This document shows positions 1 to 6,973 of a stretch of DNA of 25,470 nt, piece after piece. The stretch's first letter is position 1. Every line of letters starts with the position of its first letter. The DNA comes from Candidatus Eiseniibacteriota bacterium. Its GTDB lineage: Bacteria > Eisenbacteria > RBG-16-71-46. The DNA is taken from NCBI GenBank assembly GCA_044222065.1, contig JBGAOA010000064.1, forward strand, positions 1-25,470. The letters are read 5' to 3'. The position numbers were made by a program, and so were the translations under genes. The notes beneath the pieces were generated by a model. That model worked only from the letters and a program-made list of their open reading frames with translations, was not told the DNA's origin and ran no database searches.

Positions 1-1670
1 CCGAGCGTGCACGGGCGCTCGCGGACTACGCGGACCGCCTCGAGGCCTTCGGCTACTCGGGGCAGCTGCTGGTCGCCGAACACGGCGTGCCGCTTCTCGA
101 ACGCGCGTACGGTTTCGCCGACCGCGAGCGCGGCGTGCGCATGACCGTCGAGACGCGGCTCGCGGCGGGCTCGGTCACGAAGAGCTTCGTCGCGGCCGCG
201 GTGCTGAAGCTCGCCGCCCGCGGCGCGCTCGCGCTCGACGACCCGCTCGAGCGCCGCTGGCCGGGCGTGCCCGCCGACAAGCGCCGCATCACGATCGAGC
301 AGCTCCTCACGCACCGCGCGGGATTCGCGTTCCACGTGCCGGACGGGCTCGACGAGTCGAGCCGCGAGGAAGTCGTGGGCGCGATCCTCGCCGCTCCGCT
401 CGAACACGCGCCGGGCGAGCGCTTCGCGTACTCGAACGCCGGCTTCGACGTGCTCGCGGGAATCGTCGAGCGCGCGAGCGGCAGGCCGTTCGACGCGTTC
501 CTGCGCGACGAGCTGCTCGAGCCCGCGGGGATGGAGCGGAGCGGGATCGGCGGCGCGCGCACGCTGCCGAAGGGACCCGCGGCCGCCGGCTACGACGATG
601 CGGGGAAGCGGTCCGACTGGCGCGAGTGGCCGCACGGATGGTCGGGCACGGGTTCGGGCCGGCTCGTCACGACGGCGCACGACCTGTGGCGCTGGGCCGA
701 GGCGCTGCGCGGCGGGACGCTGCTCGGCGCGGAGGGCTGGACGAAGCTCACGGCGCCGCATCCGACCGGACACGACGGCACGAACTACGGCCTCGGCCTG
801 TGGCTGCACGGATTCGGCGACGACGACCGCCGCATCGTGATCGGCGGCGAGGTCGAGGGCTACCGCGCGTTGTGCCGCATCGAACCCGCGGCCGAACGCG
901 TGATCGTCGTGCTCGTGAACGTCGAGTACCCGGGGCTCGGCCGCGAACGCTTCGTGATCGCGGACGCGCTCGCGGCGATCGCCGAGGGACGCGAGCCGGA
1001 GGGCGCGCCGCCTTCGATTCGCGACGCCGGAGCGTCGGAACGGCGCGCGATCGCGGGCGCGTGGACGCTCGAGACGGGCGGGCGGATCGACGTGTCCGAG
1101 TCCGCGGGAGCGCTCGTCGCCGGCGCGCGCGGCGGCGATGCGATCGCGCTGCTCGAGGGCGCCGGCGCGGACGACCGGGCGCGGCGCGAAGAGGCCGAGT
1201 CGGCCGCGTTCGCGCTCGTGCGCGACGTCGCCGCGCAGGACACCGCGGCCGCGCGCGCGCGGCTCTCGGAGCGCGAGTTCGCGATCGGCTTCACGCTGCT
1301 CACCGCGCGGCTGCGCGTGCTGCTCGATCAGCACGGCGACCTCGGCGAGGTCGAAACGCTCGGCGCCACCGAGGCGCCGGAGCTCGGCGCGCGCGGACTG
1401 CGCGTGTGGATGCGCCTCGGATTCGCGCGGCGGCGCGTGCCCATGACGTTCGACTTCGACGGTGACCGGCTCGCCGGCTGGTCCGACGCGGACGAACGTC
1501 CGTTCCCTCGCCGCGCGACGCTCGCCGCGGTCGAAGGCGGCGGCTTCGCGGCCTACGACTTCGCGCGCTCGCGCGCGACGACGTTCGCGCTCGAGCGCGA
1601 GCCGGACGGCGAATCGGCGCTCGTGATCTCGAGCGGCGACCTTCGCGCCGTCGCGCACCGCTCCCGCTGA
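1..1670 (+). CDS. Beta-lactamase class C/PBP-family serine hydrolase with C-terminal extension (5'-truncated by window)
   Basis: The frame is open from position 3 (ERARALADYADRLEAFGYSGQLLVAEHGVPLLERAYGFADRE, a typical family N-terminus), so the GTG at 87 is probably not the start. Motifs: SxxK (GSVTKSF), ITIEQLLTHRAG, and YxN (PGERFAYSNAGF). Stop TGA 1668-1670. Confidence 0.85.
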   Translation, partial: ERARALADYADRLEAFGYSGQLLVAEHGVPLLERAYGFADRERGVRMTVETRLAAGSVTKSFVAAAVLKLAARGALALDDPLERRWPGVPADKRRITIEQLLTHRAGFAFHVPDGLDESSREEVVGAILAAPLEHAPGERFAYSNAGFDVLAGIVERASGRPFDAFLRDELLEPAGMERSGIGGARTLPKGPAAAGYDDAGKRSDWREWPHGWSGTGSGRLVTTAHDLWRWAEALRGGTLLGAEGWTKLTAPHPTGHDGTNYGLGLWLHGFGDDDRRIVIGGEVEGYRALCRIEPAAERVIVVLVNVEYPGLGRERFVIADALAAIAEGREPEGAPPSIRDAGASERRAIAGAWTLETGGRIDVSESAGALVAGARGGDAIALLEGAGADDRARREEAESAAFALVRDVAAQDTAAARARLSEREFAIGFTLLTARLRVLLDQHGDLGEVETLGATEAPELGARGLRVWMRLGFARRRVPMTFDFDGDRLAGWSDADERPFPRRATLAAVEGGGFAAYDFARSRATTFALEREPDGESALVISSGDLRAVAHRSR

Positions 1671-1734
1671 CCGCGCGGCGCCCGCGCCGCCGTGCGCGGG
1701 ATCCCCCGCACCGTGCGACTCGCGACGCCGAGGG

Positions 1735-1749
1735 TGGCCCGAGGCTTGC
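1735..1749 (+). promoter_or_regulatory. Putative sigma54 (-24/-12) promoter for the cytochrome operon
   Basis: TGGCCCG-AGGC-TTGC differs from consensus TGGCACG-N4-TTGC by one base. GG (1736-37) and GC (1748-49) are separated by exactly 10 nt. It is intergenic, about 40 nt upstream of the cytochrome start. Confidence 0.6.
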
Positions 1750-1791
1750 CTTGTTACCGGCGCGACGGCTCGCTCGGAAAGGGGATGGGGC

Positions 1792-2553
1792 GTGCGGTGC
1801 CGGTGCCGTTATCGGCCACGGATCCTGCGCGGGGCGTTGTTCATCGCGCTGGCCTTCCAGGCCGGGAGGACGGGCGATGCGCGCGCGGCGGCGGACTCGG
1901 CCCTCGGGTCGAAGGCGGCTCCCGCGATCGAGATTCGCGTTCCCGCGGACATCGTCTACACCCGCGGTTTGAGCGGCGATTCCACGGTTTCCTTCAGCCA
2001 CGTCACGCACTTCGAATTCGCCGGCCGCAAGTGCACGACGTGCCACGTGGCGCTCTACCCGATCCTGCAGCCCCGTCACCGCTTGTCCCACTCCGTCATG
2101 GACGCCGGCGCCTCGTGCGGAACCTGCCACGACGGTGAGCGCGCGTTCGGCACGATGGAGCGGCGGGACTGCGGAATCTGTCACGCCGGTCTGTCAGGTG
2201 GGCAGGTCCGGACGCCGGATTCGGGGACAACGTCTGGTCAAACGATCGTCCTCGGGTCCTCCGAGGCGAATGCCGCGATCGCGCGCCGCGTCCCCACGCC
2301 GCACGCCTATCCGCGCGGCAATTCGTCGCCCGGCTCGGTCGTCTTCGCCCACGGCGCGCACCTCGCGAACGGCGAAGCGTGCGTGGACTGCCATCCGCGC
2401 CCGTACCCGATGCGCTTCACCGCGTCGCCCGCGAGCGACGAACTGCACGGCGCGACGTCGTGCGGCTCGTGCCACGACGGCCGGCGGCTGTTCGGGTTCC
2501 GCGACGGCGCGACGTGCGATCGCTGCCACGCGGGACGGGGAGGCGCGCGATGA
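1792..2553 (+). CDS. Periplasmic hexaheme cytochrome c with two c7-type triheme domains
   Basis: Six CxxCH motifs (CTTCH, CGTCH, CGICH, CVDCH, CGSCH, CDRCH) in two repeats of V.F.H..H...C..CH...SCG.CHDG...F...C..CH. The N-terminus looks like a signal peptide ending ARA. A purine-rich RBS (GAAAGGGGATGGGG) precedes the GTG. The exact start is uncertain. Confidence 0.88.
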   Translation: MRCRCRYRPRILRGALFIALAFQAGRTGDARAAADSALGSKAAPAIEIRVPADIVYTRGLSGDSTVSFSHVTHFEFAGRKCTTCHVALYPILQPRHRLSHSVMDAGASCGTCHDGERAFGTMERRDCGICHAGLSGGQVRTPDSGTTSGQTIVLGSSEANAAIARRVPTPHAYPRGNSSPGSVVFAHGAHLANGEACVDCHPRPYPMRFTASPASDELHGATSCGSCHDGRRLFGFRDGATCDRCHAGRGGAR

Positions 2554-3413
2554 GCGGCCCCGCCCCCAGCAGCCACGTCGATCCCCGTTCGCTCGGCCTG
2601 CTGTTCGACTCGACGCGCTGCATCGACTGCGGCGCGTGCGCCGCCGCGTGCAAGGAGCAGAACCAGCTGCCGCTGCCGATCGAGGACGTCACGACCGCGT
2701 ACACGTGGACGACGATCGAGAAGCGCGGCGGCGTGAACGTGCGGCGCCTGTGCATGCATTGCAACGCGCCGACGTGCGTGTCGGTGTGCCCGGTCGGGGC
2801 GATGAAGAAGACCGAACAGGGCCCGGTGATCTACGAGTCCGAGAAGTGCATCGGCTGCCGCTACTGCGTCATGGCGTGTCCGTTCAACGTGCCGAAGTAC
2901 CAGTGGGACCGCCCGATTCCGATCGTCGGCAAGTGCGTGATGTGCTTCTCGCGCGTGCGCGACGGCAAGCCGACCGCGTGCGCCGCCGTGTGTCCGACGG
3001 GCGCCACGGTGTTCGGCACGCGCGAGACGCTGATCCGCACCGCGCGCGAGCGCATCGAGGCCGAGCCCGGCCGCTACGTGGACCACATCTACGGCCTCAC
3101 CGAAGCGGGCGGCACCGGCGTGCTGATGCTCGCGGGCGTGCCGTTCGCCTCGCTCGGGCTGCCGGGCGGCCTGCCCGAGGAGCCGCTGCCGATGCTGACC
3201 TGGCGCGTGCTCTCGCACATCCCGAGCTTCGTCGCGGTCGCGGCGGTGACGCTCTACGGGGTGCACTGGATCACGAAGCGCCGCGAACTCGTCCGCGAGG
3301 CCGAGGGCGACGACGCGCCGGTGGATCCGCCGACGTCGCCGCACGGCGAACCGCGCGGCCACGTGAAGCACCGCCCGCTGCACGACCCGCGGGGGAAGGG
3401 AGGGGGCGCGTGA
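2550..3413 (+). CDS. 4x[4Fe-4S] electron-transfer subunit, HybA/FdnH/NrfC/HmcB family, with C-terminal TM anchor (287 aa)
   Basis: ATGA overlap with the cytochrome stop. Cys groups CIDCGACAAAC, CMHCNAPTCVSVCP, CIGCRYCVMACP and CVMC..CAAVCP. HybA-like YVDHIYGLTEAGGTGVL segment. Hydrophobic IPSFVAVAAVTLYGVHWI followed by TKRR. Confidence 0.92.
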   Translation: MSGPAPSSHVDPRSLGLLFDSTRCIDCGACAAACKEQNQLPLPIEDVTTAYTWTTIEKRGGVNVRRLCMHCNAPTCVSVCPVGAMKKTEQGPVIYESEKCIGCRYCVMACPFNVPKYQWDRPIPIVGKCVMCFSRVRDGKPTACAAVCPTGATVFGTRETLIRTARERIEAEPGRYVDHIYGLTEAGGTGVLMLAGVPFASLGLPGGLPEEPLPMLTWRVLSHIPSFVAVAAVTLYGVHWITKRRELVREAEGDDAPVDPPTSPHGEPRGHVKHRPLHDPRGKGGGA

Positions 3414-4564
3414 CCGTGCTGCCGCTCGATCGCCGTCCGGTCGTGAAGCTCGGCTTCTGGGAAGTCGCGTTCGCGCTGCTCGTCGGCGGTTTCCTCGGCG
3501 TGACCTGGCTGCGCTTCTCGAAGGGGCTCGGCGCGACGACCAACCTGAGCGACGCGTTCCCGTGGGGGCTGTGGGTCGGCTTCGACGTGCTGTGCGGCGT
3601 CGGACTCGCCGCGGGCGCGTTCACGCTCATGGCGACGGTGCACATCTTCAACCTCAAGCGCTTCGAGCCGATCGTGCGGCCGACGGTGCTGACCGGGTTC
3701 CTCGGCTACGTGTTCGTGTCCCTCGGGCTGCTGTTCGACCTCGGCCAGCCGTGGCGCATCTGGCACGCGATCATCTACTGGAATCCGCACTCGGTGATGT
3801 TCGAGGTCGCCTGGTGCGTGATGCTCTACACCTCGGTCCTCACCCTCGAGTTCCTGCCGATGGTGTTCGAGCGGCTGCGGCTCGAGCGCATGCGGCGGAT
3901 CCTGCACGCGCTCTCGACGCCGATCGTGATCCTCGGCATCGTGCTCTCGACGCTGCACCAGTCATCGCTCGGCACGGTGTTCCTGATCGTGCCCGAGAAG
4001 CTCCACCCGCTCTGGTACTCGCCGTTCCTGCCGCTGCAGTTCTACCTGTCGGCGATCGGCGCCGGCATCGGCATGGTGATCCTCGAGTCGCACCTGAGCG
4101 GGCGCGCGTTCGGCCGCGAACTCGAGATCGAGCTGCTCGAGCCGCTGTCGCGCGCGATGATCGTCGTGCTCGGCGTGTACGGCCTGATGCGCCTGCTGCT
4201 GCTGTCGAGCTCGGGGGCGATCCACGAGGCGTTCCGCCCGACGTACGAGGCGCGCATGTTCCAGTTCGAGTTCGCGGCCGGCGTCGTGCTGCCGATCGTG
4301 CTGCTGCTCGTGCCGCGCATCCGGCACTCGCCGCGCGGGCTCGTCGCGGGCGCGATCCTCGCCGTGCTCGGATTCGTGACGCACCGCCTGAACGTCAGCG
4401 TCACCGGCCTCGAGCGGGCGAGCGGCGTGCACTACGTGCCGTCGTGGATGGAGATCCTCGTGTCCGTCGGCCTCGTCGCGATCGGCATCGGGGTGTTCGT
4501 GCTCGCGGTGAAGTGGCTCCCGGTGTTCCCGGAGCGCCACGACGCGCACACCGCACACGGGTGA
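3410..4564 (+). CDS. NrfD/PsrC-family quinone-interacting membrane subunit, HybB/HmcC-like (384 aa)
   Basis: GTGA overlap after a GGAGGGGG RBS. Motifs: TNLSDAFPWGLWVGFDVLCGVGLAAGAF, DLGQPWRIWH, SVMFEVAWCVMLY, LSTLHQSSLG, YVPSWMEI. About 10 hydrophobic segments. Confidence 0.92.
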   Translation: MTVLPLDRRPVVKLGFWEVAFALLVGGFLGVTWLRFSKGLGATTNLSDAFPWGLWVGFDVLCGVGLAAGAFTLMATVHIFNLKRFEPIVRPTVLTGFLGYVFVSLGLLFDLGQPWRIWHAIIYWNPHSVMFEVAWCVMLYTSVLTLEFLPMVFERLRLERMRRILHALSTPIVILGIVLSTLHQSSLGTVFLIVPEKLHPLWYSPFLPLQFYLSAIGAGIGMVILESHLSGRAFGRELEIELLEPLSRAMIVVLGVYGLMRLLLLSSSGAIHEAFRPTYEARMFQFEFAAGVVLPIVLLLVPRIRHSPRGLVAGAILAVLGFVTHRLNVSVTGLERASGVHYVPSWMEILVSVGLVAIGIGVFVLAVKWLPVFPERHDAHTAHG

Positions 4565-4568
4565 CGCC

Positions 4569-6578
4569 ATGAAGCTCCGCATCGGGACGCTCGCGATCCT
4601 CGGCGTCGCCACCGTCACGGCGACGGTGATCGGCGTGATGGCGGGCATCCTCGTGGGCGCCCACCGCGGCGCGCTCACCGCGCAGCTCTCGCGCAGCGCG
4701 GATCAGCTGAGCGAGATGATCGTCGGCACGACGTACGAGGACATGCTGCTGAACCGCCGCGCGGCGCTGCACCGGCAGATCCAGGCGGTGGGACGGCAGA
4801 AGGGCATTTCCCGCGTGCGGCTCTTCAACGCCACCGGCGAGATCGTGTTCTCGTCCGACGAGCGCGAGATCGGGCGCTTCCTCGACAAGCGCGCCGAGGC
4901 CTGTTACGGCTGCCACGCGGCCGACCAGCCGCTCCAGAAGCTCTCGATGAAGCAGCGCGCCCGCGTCTTTCGCGGCGCCGACGGCCAGCGGGTGCTCGGC
5001 ATGATCCGCCCGATCCACAACGAGCGCAGTTGCTGGAGCGCCGCCTGCCACGCGCACTCGGAGCGCGACCAGGTGCTCGGCGTGCTCGACGTGAACCTGT
5101 CGCTCACCGAGGCCGACGCGCAGATCGCGCGCGACCAGCGCGCGCTGATCCTGCTCGCCGTGATCGCGATCGCCGCGAGCAGCCTGCTGCTGTGGTGGCT
5201 GAGCCGCGAGCTGATCCTGAAGCCCGTCGCGGGCCTCATCGCCGGAACGCGCAAGGTGGCCGAGGGCGACCTCAGCACCTCGATCCCCGCGTCCGCGCAG
5301 CACGAGCTCGGCGACCTCGCGCGCGCGTTCAACGAGATGACGCGCCGGCTCGGCGAGGCGCAGCGCCAGCTCGCCCAGGCCGACAAGCTCGCGTCGGTCG
5401 GCCGGCTCGCGGCCGGGGTCGCGCACGAGATCAACAACCCGCTCACGGGCGTGCTGACCTACGCGTCGTTCCTGCAGAAGCGCCTCGTCGACAACGCCGA
5501 GGCGCGCGCCGATCTCGAGGTGATCGTGCGCGAGACGAAGCGCTGCCGCGACATCGTGCGCGGACTGCTCGACTTCGCGCGCCAGACGCCTCCGCGGCGC
5601 CAGCCGACCGACGTGAACGACGTGCTGAAGCGCGGCGTGGCGATCACGATGAACCAGCTCGCGCTCGCGAAGGTGGCGCTGGAGTTCGACCTCGCGAACG
5701 ACCTCGAACCGGTGCCGGCGGACGCCAACCAGATCCAGCAGGTCGTCGTGAACCTGCTCATCAACGCGGCCGACGCGGTCGGCGAGGGCGGTCACATCAC
5801 GGTCTCGAGCCGCCGTGCGCTCGTCGAGCCGCGCGGCCACACGCACCTGCGCAGCGCCGCGTGCCCGCGCGGCTGCGACCTCATCGACCCGAACGTGCGC
5901 ATCGCCGGCTTCCCGGCCGTGCGCATGCTGCGGCGCGCGAACGAGCGCGAGGCGCTCGTGCACCTCGATCCCGTCTACGGCCGCCTCAACCACCGCGCGA
6001 GCACGCAGGCCGAACAGGGGACGATCGCCCAGTACCTGTGCCCGACGTGCCGCACGAGCCTCGTGTTCACGGATGCGCGCTGCGAGACGTGCGGCTCGGC
6101 CGCGTACGGCGTGCAGGTGAAGGGCCGCGGGCGCGTCGAATGGTGCACGCGCAAGGGCTGCGGCTGGACGCGCTGGGCCGACGTGGACGCGCTCGGGCCC
6201 CAGCCGCACGCCGAGTTCTCGATCGCGGACAACGGCCGCGGGATCGCCGGCGAGGACCTCGGACACCTGTTCGAGCCGTTCTTCACGACGAAGGGCACGC
6301 ACGGCTCGGGCCTGGGACTCGCGATCACGTGGGGCATCCTCGAAGGACACTCGGGAACGATCGACGTCGAGAGCGAGCTCGGGCAGGGAACGCGCTTCGT
6401 CGTGCGCCTGCCGTACCTCGTGCCCGATTCCGCGGGTCCGCCCGCGGACCGATCGCCGAGCGCGGTGGCCGGGGCGACGGGTGGCGCGACTGGCGCCGCG
6501 ACGCCCGCGGGCGCGTCCGACCCGGGCGCGACCTCCGGCGCCGCGCCGGCGAAAGACGACGCGCGAGGTGCGGCATGA
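4569..6578 (+). CDS. Membrane sensor histidine kinase: TM - heme-c-type periplasmic sensor - TM - HAMP - HisKA - HATPase with Cys-rich insertion
   Basis: Two TM segments flank a domain containing CYGCH and CWSAACH. HAMP (ELGDLARAFNEMT), H-box (AHEINNPL), N-box (NLLINAADA), G1 (IADNGRGI), F-box (LFEPFFTTK) and G2 (GSGLGL) are present. About 130 aa with 8 Cys lie between the N-box and G1. Confidence 0.93.
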   Translation: MKLRIGTLAILGVATVTATVIGVMAGILVGAHRGALTAQLSRSADQLSEMIVGTTYEDMLLNRRAALHRQIQAVGRQKGISRVRLFNATGEIVFSSDEREIGRFLDKRAEACYGCHAADQPLQKLSMKQRARVFRGADGQRVLGMIRPIHNERSCWSAACHAHSERDQVLGVLDVNLSLTEADAQIARDQRALILLAVIAIAASSLLLWWLSRELILKPVAGLIAGTRKVAEGDLSTSIPASAQHELGDLARAFNEMTRRLGEAQRQLAQADKLASVGRLAAGVAHEINNPLTGVLTYASFLQKRLVDNAEARADLEVIVRETKRCRDIVRGLLDFARQTPPRRQPTDVNDVLKRGVAITMNQLALAKVALEFDLANDLEPVPADANQIQQVVVNLLINAADAVGEGGHITVSSRRALVEPRGHTHLRSAACPRGCDLIDPNVRIAGFPAVRMLRRANEREALVHLDPVYGRLNHRASTQAEQGTIAQYLCPTCRTSLVFTDARCETCGSAAYGVQVKGRGRVEWCTRKGCGWTRWADVDALGPQPHAEFSIADNGRGIAGEDLGHLFEPFFTTKGTHGSGLGLAITWGILEGHSGTIDVESELGQGTRFVVRLPYLVPDSAGPPADRSPSAVAGATGGATGAATPAGASDPGATSGAAPAKDDARGAA

Positions 6579-6973
6579 ACGATGACTGCGACGTCCTCGT
6601 CGTGGACGACGAGCCCGTGGTGCGCGACGCGATCGCGATGGTGCTGGACGACGCCGGCTACCGCGTCGTCACCGTGAACGACGCCGAGTCCGCGCTCGTC
6701 CATCCCGCGTTCCTCGACTGCCGCCTCGTGATCTGCGACCTGATGCTGCCCGGGCGCTCGGGCTTCGACACCCTGCGGGCGATGCGGCTCATGCGCCCGA
6801 ACCTGCCGTTCGTGATGATCACCGGTTACGCCACGCACGAGAACTCGGCGGGCGCGCTGGACGCCGGCGCCACGGCGTTCCTCGCGAAGCCCTTCGACGA
6901 CTCGGAATTGTTGACCCTGGTGCGGCACGCCCTCGCTCACGCGCACGCCGCAGGAGAGGAGGACGCCCGATGA
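6575..6973 (+). CDS. Single-domain response regulator (REC only, 132 aa)
   Basis: ATGA overlap with the kinase stop. Motifs: VLVVDDEP, phospho-Asp in ICDLMLPG, MITGY, LAKPF. No output domain. Not called as its own ORF in the track (it is the tail of 5030..6973). Confidence 0.9.
   Translation: MNDDCDVLVVDDEPVVRDAIAMVLDDAGYRVVTVNDAESALVHPAFLDCRLVICDLMLPGRSGFDTLRAMRLMRPNLPFVMITGYATHENSAGALDAGATAFLAKPFDDSELLTLVRHALAHAHAAGEEDAR

Noticed and set aside
2135..4564. 809-aa ORF, and similarly the extended ORFs 2379.., 5030.., 8194.., 13402.., 16330.., 17010.. and 19145..
   Set aside because: The N-terminal extensions are off-frame read-through of upstream genes or leader DNA. The real starts are the coupled or RBS-preceded ATG/GTG codons at 3410, 2550, 6575, 8347, 15085, 16951, 18852 and 20066.
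2550..4564. Calling the locus a hydrogenase-2 (hyb) operon or assigning hybA/hybB symbols
   Set aside because: No NiFe large or small subunit and no maturation gene is in the window. The family similarity covers only the FeS and membrane modules.
5815..6205. Kinase insertion as an intein or mobile element
   Set aside because: No intein terminal motifs, no LAGLIDADG/HNH signature, no terminal repeats, and codon style matches the host gene.
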